Source: Candidatus Omnitrophota bacterium (lineage in GTDB: Bacteria; Omnitrophota; Omnitrophia; Omnitrophales; Aquincolibacteriaceae). From it: a stretch of DNA of 64,000 nucleotides. Below the pieces are notes generated by a model. It ran no database searches. It was not told the DNA's origin and worked only from the letters and a program-made list of their open reading frames with translations. Of the stretch, positions 38,816 to 48,370 are shown in pieces. Numbering within the stretch: position 1 is the first letter of the stretch; each line of letters begins with the position of its first letter. A program made the position numbers and the translations under genes. Location of the stretch: positions 20,016-84,015 of the forward strand of contig JAUYMS010000030.1 in the NCBI GenBank assembly GCA_030698625.1. The letters are read 5' to 3'.

Positions 38816-40445
38816 ACCCCTAGTTTCCACTTCTGTCCTTGTTTCCATTCTAGCGCACCTCCTCGTTTTTAGCTCTGCGCAGTACATCTGGGTTCCCGGA
38901 GCGGATGCGCTAATCGATCAAACGGCTAAGATGTTTCATTTGCAGAAGACGATGGCGGAAATCCCCAGCAGCATTTCGCGTGAGCAGATCAATATAAACC
39001 GCGTCGAGAAGATAAAGTTTGAAAGACCCGGGGCGGAGGTCAAGGAGATGCTGAAGCAGTCTTTGAAATTTTCCGGGGAGATTAAAAAACCGGATACGGA
39101 GATGGCCTTAAAAGACCTCAGAGAGGATATCGAGGATCTTCGGACTAAGGAAAAGCCGAAAGAGGCGTTACTGCCTTCAGTAGAAAATATCGAGGTGCAA
39201 AAGAGGAAGGTCTTTGATAAGGAAACCCGGATCGAACTTGATGTCCTCGGTGCGGTGCAGAACGCTCCCGAGAGTGATGCACAGGACATTACGATCCCCC
39301 AGGAATTTCTGGAACAGATGCCCGCGTATACGCCGCTTCGAGCGGCCTTGAGCGCGACTCGGACGCGTCAAAAGATGCTGCTTGGAATTCAGGTCGCCGA
39401 GGCCGAGATGACCTATGAATCCATCGACGAGTTTCTCAACGTGCGAACCTCTGTCTGGCGGGATCCCGAAAACAACGAGACCTACTTTCAGGTGGCAATT
39501 TTCCCCGGCAACGAGACGCAGAGCCTGGAAGTCATGTCGAAAGAGATCGTGTTTCTGGTCGACGCCTCGTCCAGTATCAATCATAAACGAATGCACCAAT
39601 TCAAGAATGGCATCCGTTATGCGCTGGAAAATCTCAATGCCGGTGACAGCTTTAACGTGATCACCTTCAAGGAGAAGATCGACCGTTTCGGGGAAACTTC
39701 AGTGGCAGCGAATCAGCTGACCGTGACCGGGGCCATGTACTTTATCGACAACATCAAGACAAGCCGGCGCACGGATCTTTACGGCGCGTTTCTGGAAAGC
39801 ATCAAGAGCCCTTCCGCGATGCACCCTTCTTATATTATATTGCTCAGTGACGGCGTGCCGACGTATGGCGTGACATCTTCGGCGAAGCTCATTGGTAAGA
39901 TCACGGATGTCAATAGTAAGGAGCGGTCCTTTTTTGCTTTCAGCGGCGGGGCGCGGGTAAATCGCTTTTTGCTCGACTTTCTTTCCTACCAGAATCGCGG
40001 CTGGTCCGAGTACTCGAAATCGATCGGGAACATTTCACAGAAAATCTCGGAGTTGTACGATAAGATCAAAAACCCGGTTCTCGTTAATGTGCGATTTCAG
40101 CTTAGTCAGCTTGACGCTTCCCAGGTATTTCCTAAAGACCTTCCTGACTTTTACCGCGACACGGAATTTGTTCTATACGGCAAGGTAAAGGAACCCGGCA
40201 AGTTTTCCATGCGTGTTTTGGGTGAGATAAACGGTCAGACTAAAGAGCTCATCTTTTCACAGGATCTTCACAAGGCCGTGCCGGGACAGAGTCTCATCGC
40301 CGAGCGATGGGCGTTCAATAAAATTTATCATCTCATCAGCCTTATGGCACTTCACGGGCCGAACCCCGAAGCCAAGGAAGAGATCCGCAGGTTGAGCAGC
40401 AAATTTGGAATTCGGATTCCTTACGAATTTGAGAATCTCGTCTAA
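38790..40445 (+). CDS. von Willebrand factor A (VWA) domain protein, Bat-like
   Basis: N-terminal TM helix. The MIDAS motif is VFLVDASSSI, followed by ...IILLSDGVPT. It overlaps the TPR gene 3' end (the alternative start MKNKPLV is at 38805). Confidence 0.7.
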   Translation: MNGYLMKNKPLVSTSVLVSILAHLLVFSSAQYIWVPGADALIDQTAKMFHLQKTMAEIPSSISREQININRVEKIKFERPGAEVKEMLKQSLKFSGEIKKPDTEMALKDLREDIEDLRTKEKPKEALLPSVENIEVQKRKVFDKETRIELDVLGAVQNAPESDAQDITIPQEFLEQMPAYTPLRAALSATRTRQKMLLGIQVAEAEMTYESIDEFLNVRTSVWRDPENNETYFQVAIFPGNETQSLEVMSKEIVFLVDASSSINHKRMHQFKNGIRYALENLNAGDSFNVITFKEKIDRFGETSVAANQLTVTGAMYFIDNIKTSRRTDLYGAFLESIKSPSAMHPSYIILLSDGVPTYGVTSSAKLIGKITDVNSKERSFFAFSGGARVNRFLLDFLSYQNRGWSEYSKSIGNISQKISELYDKIKNPVLVNVRFQLSQLDASQVFPKDLPDFYRDTEFVLYGKVKEPGKFSMRVLGEINGQTKELIFSQDLHKAVPGQSLIAERWAFNKIYHLISLMALHGPNPEAKEEIRRLSSKFGIRIPYEFENLV

Positions 40446-40459
40446 AATCTTATCGGGGG

Positions 40460-41224
40460 TCAGCGGAGAAGACGTTTCTTGAGAAAACGTAAAGCCGCGT
40501 AGGTAAGCAGCGGAGCGGCCAACACCGATAGATAGTGGCCCAGCGGAAGATAAATCGTCTTCGGGCAGCCAAGGGCCTGCCTGAGAGAGCGGCCGTAAAC
40601 GGGGCGCACGACCCAGTCCCATAGAGCGAGAATCATTAACACCTGGTCACTTTGCACATGTTTGGCTGCTTGCAGCGGGTCCTTGTGAAATATTTTTTTC
40701 AGTGCACTGAGCAAATCGTTTCCCGTAAGCCCCGTCGCGTCCTGGGTCGATTTGAGGTAGCTGCGCATCAGCGGGTCCATGGACGTCATGAATATTTTCG
40801 GAAGGTTTCCTCCCACGAGGGCGAAGATATGGCACTTTATCCGCGGATCTTCGGCTGCCCAAAGGCAATTAATGATACCGCCGAAACTGATTCCGAGGGT
40901 TGCAACTTTTTTGGGGTGGACCAAAGGGTGATCGATCAGGGTATCCAATACGGCTTTGTTGCGTTCCACTGCCTGAGTGACATAGTCGGCGACTTGTTCC
41001 AGTCCGCGGCCCAGATCATAGGAGAAAAAGGGTCGGTCCACGAGCGCGGCCGCAAAGCCGCGGCGGGCATAGAATTTGGCGAACTGGCGCTCGAAATGAA
41101 GGTCCTCGAAGAGCGCCAAGCGGCCGAGCAGCGGAGTGATGAATAAAAGAGGGAAAGGGCCGGGACCTTCCGGCCAGTAGGTTTCAAACGCGTATGGAGA
41201 TTCAGAAAATTCTTTTCGTACCAT
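40460..41224 (-). CDS. Alpha/beta-hydrolase (dienelactone hydrolase-like)
   Basis: GISFGG nucleophile elbow in an alpha/beta fold-like arrangement. Confidence 0.6.
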   Translation of the reverse strand: MVRKEFSESPYAFETYWPEGPGPFPLLFITPLLGRLALFEDLHFERQFAKFYARRGFAAALVDRPFFSYDLGRGLEQVADYVTQAVERNKAVLDTLIDHPLVHPKKVATLGISFGGIINCLWAAEDPRIKCHIFALVGGNLPKIFMTSMDPLMRSYLKSTQDATGLTGNDLLSALKKIFHKDPLQAAKHVQSDQVLMILALWDWVVRPVYGRSLRQALGCPKTIYLPLGHYLSVLAAPLLTYAALRFLKKRLLR

Positions 41225-42125
41225 GAATAATCCATTTTATCTCTTTTTGAGACAGAAATACATGCTGATCCTGATTCCGCTGGTGCTTTCAGGCTGTGCC
41301 GGAATTTCGTTTCAACGTATCCCCGTTGATTTCGTTAATCCCGCCACCCGGCTTGAAATTGTCGAAGTCGACGCAACCGAAATTGAAGCCCAAGGTGTGC
41401 TCCTCCGGCTAAAACAACCTGAGGAAAGGACGGTGCGGTCGACCGAAGAGATGGCACTCTATGTACGCATTCAAGAGGGGCTGGGGTCGCGCATGGATTT
41501 TGTGAAGAATAGAACCGACAGCTATCATCCGGGGGAGCGAGACGATTCTTATATCCTGCTGTCAGAGTCGACTTTTGAGAAGCAGCCGGGCAAGTTGGTC
41601 GAAGCCGTGGAAATGACGGAGCGAGGTGAGGTGGTCCGTTTTATTCGGGGTGAACACGAATCCAAGATTGGTCAATTTCACATCGAATCGTGGGAGAGGA
41701 CGCCCCTTTTTCCGCTGGGGCCTGTGAAAATCGGGGATGAGTGGAATTATCAAGAAACGATGGCCGTGCGGCTGAAGTCTTTTTGGGTGAAGCAGATAGA
41801 CCCGTCGCCTTATGTCATCGAAGCAAAGAGCACTCTCGAGGGGTTTGCGCGCGTCGGCGGTGTGCGCTGTGCGGTGATTAGAACCGAAGCCCTACAGACG
41901 AAACAGGAGCAGTTGAAGATTTTCTTCAAGGATATCACGTTAAATATTCGTGCGCACATCCGGGAGTGGGTCTATCTCGATTACGAAAAGGGGCGGGTAC
42001 TCGTGCGCGTGACGACGATCGACAGCCAGACCACGAGTCCCGATCTGAAGATTCACGATCAAGGTCAGAGCCAGGCGGTGTCCTATTTGCTTCAAATGCA
42101 GCCACAGCAGGCAGCGAACATCTAA
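41223..42125 (+). CDS. Hypothetical lipoprotein
   Basis: The signal peptide has the lipobox LSGC (MNNPFYLFLRQKYMLILIPLVLSGCAG). No other motif recognised. Confidence 0.5.
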   Translation: MNNPFYLFLRQKYMLILIPLVLSGCAGISFQRIPVDFVNPATRLEIVEVDATEIEAQGVLLRLKQPEERTVRSTEEMALYVRIQEGLGSRMDFVKNRTDSYHPGERDDSYILLSESTFEKQPGKLVEAVEMTERGEVVRFIRGEHESKIGQFHIESWERTPLFPLGPVKIGDEWNYQETMAVRLKSFWVKQIDPSPYVIEAKSTLEGFARVGGVRCAVIRTEALQTKQEQLKIFFKDITLNIRAHIREWVYLDYEKGRVLVRVTTIDSQTTSPDLKIHDQGQSQAVSYLLQMQPQQAANI

Positions 42126-42985
42126 GACTCTATTTTTTTTACGATTCGAGGACTGTGTGTGCTGTAAGACATGGCGACGATGGCCCCATACTTCCAGTAA
42201 GGGGAGAGTTTAGGAATCAGCCCGCGAATCGTCAGCGTTCCGAATCGTCTGACGCGAGCGACATCAAGAGCGTCGAATTTTTCGTCTTCCTTGAATATGG
42301 TAACGGTGTGTGCGTCCAGCGGGCTGACGATGGCCAATACAAAGGACTTCCTTCCGTTCATCTTTAGGATCGTGTGCGAGAATACGGCAAAATCCTCGCA
42401 GTCTCCTTTTCTCGATAGGAGGAATTCCTGCGGGGTTTGCCAATAGTCCTCGATTCCGAATTGGCTTTGATCCGTCTCGTAGGTGAAGTTTTGATGAAGA
42501 TACCGTGCGATGCTGTCCGGATTGCCGGCCAGGCGCAGCTCAGCCGGTATCCTCTGAGCGAGCGATGCGTCTTCGGATTCCTGCAGGTATCCCTCCCATG
42601 CCGCAGGGTTAGGTTTGTCAGTATCCCGGTTTTCCGGGTCCGGGCGGCCATCGGGGTATAGGACCACAAGATCGACATTGTCTGTATTCTGTAGGATATC
42701 AATACGGGGGATCTCGACGGGTAAAAGGGTGCGGCCGCCCTCGGCCAGCCAGTCCTGAGTCGAGATCATCGGCCTGGGATTTCCGGGCAGAGGTCCCCGG
42801 GGGCGCGGATCCTTACCCTCCGTGTTATTTGCGTCCGTTGTTGGGCTGTAAGGGGTCGTGGCATGGGACCCACCCAAAGGACCCTCTGCCGCATTGACGA
42901 CAAACGGATCCGAGAAAATGAGGCTAAACAGAAAGGGGATTATGAAGGATTTCCAGCCATCCCTACCAAAGCGTCTTGGGCCCAT
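42122..42985 (-). CDS. Secreted transglutaminase-like cysteine peptidase domain protein
   Basis: Signal peptide. GDCEDFAVF is the catalytic Cys motif of the transglutaminase-like superfamily. Confidence 0.65.
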   Translation of the reverse strand: MGPRRFGRDGWKSFIIPFLFSLIFSDPFVVNAAEGPLGGSHATTPYSPTTDANNTEGKDPRPRGPLPGNPRPMISTQDWLAEGGRTLLPVEIPRIDILQNTDNVDLVVLYPDGRPDPENRDTDKPNPAAWEGYLQESEDASLAQRIPAELRLAGNPDSIARYLHQNFTYETDQSQFGIEDYWQTPQEFLLSRKGDCEDFAVFSHTILKMNGRKSFVLAIVSPLDAHTVTIFKEDEKFDALDVARVRRFGTLTIRGLIPKLSPYWKYGAIVAMSYSTHSPRIVKKIES

Positions 42986-43131
42986 TGTTCTTATGCATGT
43001 CGTCCCCTCTATCCTGTAACGGAGTATAGCCTGTTTAAGCGCTGGCGCTAGAAAGTCAGGCCAAGAGGGAGAAAATCGATGCTAAGCGGTACCATTTCGA
43101 GTCAAAAAGAGATAAAATAACCGCCACCAAG

Positions 43132-43602
43132 GTGATCCACATGAGTAAATTCACAGAAGCCCTTAGAAAAATCCAGGAAGAACGTCAACCGGAAGTTTTG
43201 GCCTATCAGGCGACCGCTCCCGTCAAGGCGTCCGCATCCCCCAAGATGATGTGGGGTGTGTTTGTCGCATTGCTGTTCCTGTTGTTAGCGGCAGTGGTCA
43301 CGGCGATTTACTCGACGAATATGAATCACATGGATGGACCCGCGTCTCCGACGAATATCACGGCACCCTACTTTACCGTTCAGCTCGCGACCTACCGCCA
43401 CGAAAGTCGCGCGGCGCAGGAAGCGAAGAAGTTAAGGCGTCAGGGACATGAAGCCATGGTGGTGGCTAACGGGGGATATCATCAACTTTGCATCGAGCGC
43501 TTCTCCACGGAGCGCGAAGCCGTCATGAAACTGGCCGAACTCGAGGCGCTGGGTTTTCAAAAAATCTACCATGATGCTTTCGTGCGGTCGATCAACTCCT
43601 AG
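43132..43602 (+). CDS. SPOR-domain (peptidoglycan-binding) membrane protein
   Basis: TM helix followed by a C-terminal YFTVQLATYRHESRAAQEAKKLRRQGHEAMVV...ALGF SPOR-like fold pattern. Confidence 0.6.
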   Translation: MIHMSKFTEALRKIQEERQPEVLAYQATAPVKASASPKMMWGVFVALLFLLLAAVVTAIYSTNMNHMDGPASPTNITAPYFTVQLATYRHESRAAQEAKKLRRQGHEAMVVANGGYHQLCIERFSTEREAVMKLAELEALGFQKIYHDAFVRSINS

Positions 43603-43620
43603 CCTAAGTTCGGCGATTCA

Positions 43621-45741
43621 ATGAGACCCTCTCTTCTTTTTAGTGTCCTAATCTTACTTGCCATCTCCGTCTTTGATCGTCCGGGATTCACCGCGTCTGT
43701 ACGCAGCGCGAACGCAGAAGCGGAACTTGTTTCGGAGGTACGCTCGCTGAGGCCCGGCCAAAATTTCTGGATAGGCCTTCGGCTGAAGATGGACCGCGGC
43801 TGGCACACCTATTGGAAAAATCCGGGTGATTCGGGTTTGCCGACGGAGATCCAATGGGAATTACCGCCCGGGTTTAGCTCAGGAGAAATCGAATGGCCCT
43901 ACCCGGGATTTTTGCGATACCCTCCGCTTGCCGCTTACGGATACAGCGGAGAAATTGTGCTTCTTACTCAGATGCAGGTTGCGGACTCGGTGCCTGCTTC
44001 GGGGACCCAGGTTATTCGCGCAAAGGCAAAGTGGCTTTCGTGTAAGTTGATTTGCATTCCGGGTGAAGCCGATCTTGAAATGAAACTTCCCGTGCGCGGC
44101 GAAATGCCTGAGATCGATCCGCTGTGGATTAAGAGGTTTGCCCAGGCCCGCGAAAGGCTTCCGCTTGAAGTCAGTGACTGGGAGGTGAGGGGCTATGGCT
44201 CCGACGACAAGATAATGTTGGAGATCGTACCGCCGTCCTGGGTCGATTATAAGTTATCATCGGTTAGCTTCTATCCGGAAAGTTCAGAGTGGATTCAGCA
44301 CGCTTCCGACCAGCATTTGGAATCTTGGAGCGGCGGCTACCGCCTGTGGCTGGAACGCTCATCCTTAGAGTCTAAGTTGCCCGAATTAATCCGGGGTGTT
44401 TTGGTGTCTCCCGAAGGGTGGCGCGGGCGCAATTCCGAGCGAGCCCTCGAGTTTCAATCCGCTTTGAAACCGTTAACGGCCGCTCCGGCGGGAGGGGTGA
44501 AGACAAGTAAGACGGGGTTGCTGCTTGCCCTAGTATTTGCTTTTCTGGGCGGCATGATTCTCAATCTGATGCCCTGCGTTCTGCCGGTTTTATCCCTGAA
44601 GATTCTGGGGTTTGTCCAACATTCCGGTGAAAAATCCATGAGAATGTGGGCACAGGGGCTCTTTTACACTTTGGGGGTCGTGGCTTCTTTCTGGCTGTTG
44701 GCGGGACTGCTTCTCGTTATTCGAGCGGGCGGAGAACAAATAGGGTGGGGGTTTCAGTTGCAGTCGCCTGTTATCCTTGGGGCGTTGTCGCTTCTTTTCT
44801 TCGTTCTGGCGCTCAACATATTCGATGTTTATGAAATAGGAACATCGCTGACCGGGGCCGGAAAGCATGCCGGGGCCCTAAAGGGCGGGGTCGGTAGTTT
44901 TGCCAGCGGAATTTTGGCGACGGTCGTTGCAACGCCCTGTACGGCCCCGTTCATGGGTGCGGCTTTGGGTTTTGCCCTGACTCGGCCGCCTGCCGTTGCC
45001 ATTGCCGTGTTCACGACTCTCGGGCTTGGTATGGCATTCCCTTATCTTTTCCTGTCTCTCTTCCCCGGATTGGTTGCCCGACTTCCCAAACCGGGTCCCT
45101 GGATGATTCGTTTAAAGAACCTCCTGGGGATGCTGCTCATGGCGACGGTTGCATGGCTTGTCTGGGTTCTTCACATTCAATCCGGAACGACGGCAGTTTT
45201 GGTGCTGACGGTGTGTCTTGTCGCCGCGGGGCTTGTGTGTCGGCAGTGGGGAAGCCGCCAGGGCATGGTGCGGGGGAGACAATGGGTGGTGGGTGTGTTG
45301 CTCTACGCCTTATTGCTTCCGGGCATTGTTTTGCTTGTTCGAAGTGAAGTCCTTACACAGAAACAAAGTACCGTGAATTGGGAAACTTTTTCACCGGAAC
45401 GGCTGGAGTCGCTTCGCCGTGAAGGTCATCCCGTTTTTATTGATTTTACAGCCGCTTGGTGCCTGTCTTGTCAGGTGAATAAAAGGGTGGTGCTGGACTC
45501 GTCGAAGGTGGCGGATCGGTTGCGTGAGTTGGGGGTTGTGACCTTGCGGGCTGATTGGACATCCCGCGATGAAACCATCACACGGAGCCTTGCCGGCTAC
45601 GGCCGCAATAGTATTCCGCTCTATGTGCTCTACGGTCATGGCCCCGATCGAGAACCCGTGTTGCTTCCCGAGATCTTGACTTCAAAAATTATTCTGGATG
45701 CTTTGGAAGAGAATGTTGTAAGATCATCGCGGAGGTCATAA
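43621..45741 (+). CDS. dsbD: Thiol:disulfide interchange protein DsbD
   Basis: The N-terminal periplasmic domain, the central TM domain with LMPCVLPVLSLK, and the C-terminal thioredoxin domain with AAWCLSCQ are the canonical DsbD alpha-beta-gamma architecture. Confidence 0.85.
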   Translation: MRPSLLFSVLILLAISVFDRPGFTASVRSANAEAELVSEVRSLRPGQNFWIGLRLKMDRGWHTYWKNPGDSGLPTEIQWELPPGFSSGEIEWPYPGFLRYPPLAAYGYSGEIVLLTQMQVADSVPASGTQVIRAKAKWLSCKLICIPGEADLEMKLPVRGEMPEIDPLWIKRFAQARERLPLEVSDWEVRGYGSDDKIMLEIVPPSWVDYKLSSVSFYPESSEWIQHASDQHLESWSGGYRLWLERSSLESKLPELIRGVLVSPEGWRGRNSERALEFQSALKPLTAAPAGGVKTSKTGLLLALVFAFLGGMILNLMPCVLPVLSLKILGFVQHSGEKSMRMWAQGLFYTLGVVASFWLLAGLLLVIRAGGEQIGWGFQLQSPVILGALSLLFFVLALNIFDVYEIGTSLTGAGKHAGALKGGVGSFASGILATVVATPCTAPFMGAALGFALTRPPAVAIAVFTTLGLGMAFPYLFLSLFPGLVARLPKPGPWMIRLKNLLGMLLMATVAWLVWVLHIQSGTTAVLVLTVCLVAAGLVCRQWGSRQGMVRGRQWVVGVLLYALLLPGIVLLVRSEVLTQKQSTVNWETFSPERLESLRREGHPVFIDFTAAWCLSCQVNKRVVLDSSKVADRLRELGVVTLRADWTSRDETITRSLAGYGRNSIPLYVLYGHGPDREPVLLPEILTSKIILDALEENVVRSSRRS

Positions 45742-45745
45742 CCCT

Positions 45746-46357
45746 ATGAAAAACATCTGGATTTTATCAGCGATCATTTTTTTAACAGCCGGTTTTGCAC
45801 AACAGCCTCAGGGTGTTGTCACCGGAGAGACCGCGCCGGACTTCAGTCTCGTTGATATCAACGGAGTCCGTCATTCTCTTTCAGACTCCCGGGGAAAGTT
45901 CGTGGTCTTGGAGTGGGTCAACCACGATTGCCCGTTTGTTCGCAAGCACTACGATAGCGGCAATATGCAGCAACTGCAGCAGACCTATACCGGAAAAGGG
46001 GTCGTGTGGCTTTCGATCGGCTCCTCAGCGCCCGGCGGGCAGGGACATTTCCCGCCCGAAAAATGGGTTGAGCTGACCAGCGAAAAAAGGGCTGCCCCTA
46101 CGGCGGTTCTTTTGGATGCTGACGGTAAAACCGGAAAGCGGTACGGGGCTCAGACAACACCTCACATGTACATCATCAATCCTGAAGGGACATTAATTTA
46201 CCAAGGGGCTATTGATAGTATCGCCAGTGCGGATAAAGCCGATATTGCGGAGGCTACCAACTACGTGCAGACCTCTCTCGATCTTGCCATGGCCGGAAGA
46301 CCCGTACCCGTCGGTGCGACGAAGTCATATGGCTGTTCGGTAAAGTACAAACACTAA
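45746..46357 (+). CDS. Secreted thioredoxin-fold/redoxin family protein (likely DsbD-linked)
   Basis: Signal peptide. FVVLEWVNHDCPFVRKHY is a redoxin/peroxiredoxin-like motif. It is adjacent to dsbD. Confidence 0.5.
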   Translation: MKNIWILSAIIFLTAGFAQQPQGVVTGETAPDFSLVDINGVRHSLSDSRGKFVVLEWVNHDCPFVRKHYDSGNMQQLQQTYTGKGVVWLSIGSSAPGGQGHFPPEKWVELTSEKRAAPTAVLLDADGKTGKRYGAQTTPHMYIINPEGTLIYQGAIDSIASADKADIAEATNYVQTSLDLAMAGRPVPVGATKSYGCSVKYKH

Positions 46358-46587
46358 TGTCTGAAGAAAAGCCCTTTCAACTGACGAAAATTCTATTGGA
46401 GCACGGGATCTCACTGCTCGAGCTCGCGGCGCGGACGGGTTTGCCTAAAGATTACCTGAGTAAGATTGAGTGCGGTGAAATTCTCGCTCTTGAAGGGGAT
46501 GTAAAGCGCATCCGGAAAGCCGTTGCCGACGGAATGCCCGCCGACATCTTTAGGATGGGCCCAAGGCCGAGCGAAGAAGACGCCTGA
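46357..46587 (+). CDS. Small helix-turn-helix (XRE-like) protein
   Basis: ISLLELAARTGLPKDYLSKIECGE is an HTH_3-like pattern. The ATG overlaps the upstream stop (taATG). Confidence 0.5.
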   Translation: MSEEKPFQLTKILLEHGISLLELAARTGLPKDYLSKIECGEILALEGDVKRIRKAVADGMPADIFRMGPRPSEEDA

Positions 46588-47215
46588 GCAACTGAGTCGG
46601 TAAACCGATGACATTGCTCAGGGATCCGCGGCGGGCCGCAACAATAAACGGCCGTTTCTGGATCGCGTAGCCGGCCGCTTTATCAAGCGGGTTGACGCGG
46701 GTCACGTAATCTTTAATCTTCTCCTCCGGCCATTTCTTGAACGTGACTTTCGTTTTGTCGTACCCCATAAAGACTTTCCCCGTATCCCAGCGTATGAGCG
46801 CGATGGCCGTATAGACCCGGTGGGATTTCCCGGATAGGGCACTCAAGATCTTGATTGCCTCTCGCAGGGTGGCCGGCTTTCCGATCAACCGCCCGCGAAA
46901 GCTGATCAGGGTATCCGCGCCGAGAACAATTCCGACAGAGCGGTTACGCCCTCCGGGTTTTAACTGAGCATGGCGGGCCTTGCCGAGGGCATGGCGCAAC
47001 GCCAGTTTGTGCGGGGATCCGCTTTTTTCGTGCCGCTCACGATAGCTTGATTTTACCACTTGGAAGGGGATCTTCATCTGCCTAAGAAGAGACCGACGTC
47101 TGGCAGACTGTGAGGCGAGATAGAAGTGAGCTTTACTAGGGAGCGGGTGAGCCTTCGGATTCGGACGTCTTTTTCGGGATGATCTCTTCGATTGCCTGCT
47201 CAATAACGTTCTCAT
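46550..47215 (-). CDS. maf: Maf-like nucleoside triphosphate pyrophosphatase (septum formation protein Maf). Start uncertain.
   Basis: YLASQSARRRSLLRQMKIPFQVV...IVLGADTLISFRGRLIGKPATLREAIKILSALSGKSHRVYTAIALI... matches the Maf signature. The nearest in-frame ATG (47215) overlaps the upstream gene by about 80 nt. The remainder of the 350-aa track ORF is an out-of-frame shadow of the upstream gene. Confidence 0.7.
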   Translation of the reverse strand: MRTLLSRQSKRSSRKRRPNPKAHPLPSKAHFYLASQSARRRSLLRQMKIPFQVVKSSYRERHEKSGSPHKLALRHALGKARHAQLKPGGRNRSVGIVLGADTLISFRGRLIGKPATLREAIKILSALSGKSHRVYTAIALIRWDTGKVFMGYDKTKVTFKKWPEEKIKDYVTRVNPLDKAAGYAIQKRPFIVAARRGSLSNVIGLPTQLLRRLLRSALGPS

Positions 47216-48275
47216 TAACAATTTCCTCTTTGAACCGTTCGCCGAACTGCTCCTCGAATTCCCTTTCCTGAAACTGCTCTTTGAATTCTTTCTCTTGAAA
47301 ATGCGCCGTGAATTCCTTCTCCTGAAATTGGTTTTCTCGCTCCGGGGCATTGCGGTCGTTGACCGTCCTAGACATCGGGCTATTTTGATGAGTCGTTTTG
47401 CCCGGAGATCCTCCGTGGCTGTACGGGTCGCTGCCGCCGGGAGGCCCGCCGTTGCCGATATGGTTTTTATTGTCGACGTCCTTATGGGCAGCTGCAATAT
47501 AAGCTGAGGAACTGCCATCTGCAAGCACCTCTTTGAATTTGCTGTGTGCCTCCGTGATTTTTTCAGCCCCGCCGGCAAAAGTCTCAAGTTCGGTTGCGGC
47601 AAATCGGTATTCTTCTTCGGCCGACATCTTTTCGGCCTCGGTCATTTCTCGCGGCCCTTCTATGCGGCCTGTATCGATATTCGCTTGGTCGATAATGAAC
47701 GCCTCATCTTGGCCGACTTGGTGGGATCCTACCAGACCGCCTGCGCTATCGAAAATGAAATGTTCTACGGACCCTTCCGTGACAAAGGTGCGTGACTCGT
47801 TGATCTTGGCGTCATGTTCTCTAATAAAATGCGTTCCGCGTACCCCGGCTACGGACGTGGGTGTTGCGACTTCATAGGTGGACCCCGGGGGCAGACCGTC
47901 CAAAGCGTTAAGGACTCTGCCGTCGCTCAGAAAGACATCAGTCGGTTCGATGGCTCGAAACTCGGCAAAGGTGTTTGATCCCATGCGCGCAATGTTAAGA
48001 AAGTAGGCGTCGTAATAGATTTCGACAAAGGAATTCTGTTGTGTGCGAATCTGATCGCCCTCGTTGATAGCGTCTTTAATCTTTAAGGGGACCCAATCGG
48101 TCGAATTGTTTCTGAGAACAAGAACTGTTCCGCCGAGATTGAATACGCCGGCTTCGTGATCGACCAGAGATTTAGCCTGTTCGGCATCGCCCCCAATGTC
48201 CGCAGCCAGGGAGGGTGCCGCCACGGTCACGGCGGCAACAAGGACTAGCAGGACAAATTTTTGATGGAATTTCAT
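47136..48275 (-). CDS. FecR-domain protein (secreted) with a C-terminal EKEF-repeat tail
   Basis: Signal peptide. The FecR-like core is GDQIRTQQNSFVEIYY...TPTSVAGVRGTHF. The C-terminus is (F)QEKEF repeats. Confidence 0.55.
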   Translation of the reverse strand: MKFHQKFVLLVLVAAVTVAAPSLAADIGGDAEQAKSLVDHEAGVFNLGGTVLVLRNNSTDWVPLKIKDAINEGDQIRTQQNSFVEIYYDAYFLNIARMGSNTFAEFRAIEPTDVFLSDGRVLNALDGLPPGSTYEVATPTSVAGVRGTHFIREHDAKINESRTFVTEGSVEHFIFDSAGGLVGSHQVGQDEAFIIDQANIDTGRIEGPREMTEAEKMSAEEEYRFAATELETFAGGAEKITEAHSKFKEVLADGSSSAYIAAAHKDVDNKNHIGNGGPPGGSDPYSHGGSPGKTTHQNSPMSRTVNDRNAPERENQFQEKEFTAHFQEKEFKEQFQEREFEEQFGERFKEEIVNENVIEQAIEEIIPKKTSESEGSPAP

Positions 48276-48370
48276 GACTTCCTAGTTACCTATCTCTTTT
48301 TAAGACAGCCAGTTGCGTATTCGAATAAAGCTTAACCGGTGTTGATGGGCATTACAAGCTCCCGCTATCT

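Noticed and set aside
46550-47602. Full 350-aa minus-strand ORF as a single gene
   Set aside because: Only the C-terminal ~200 residues are Maf-like. The N-terminal ~150 residues are an out-of-frame read-through of the FecR-like gene's 3' end (Arg/Ser-rich low complexity).
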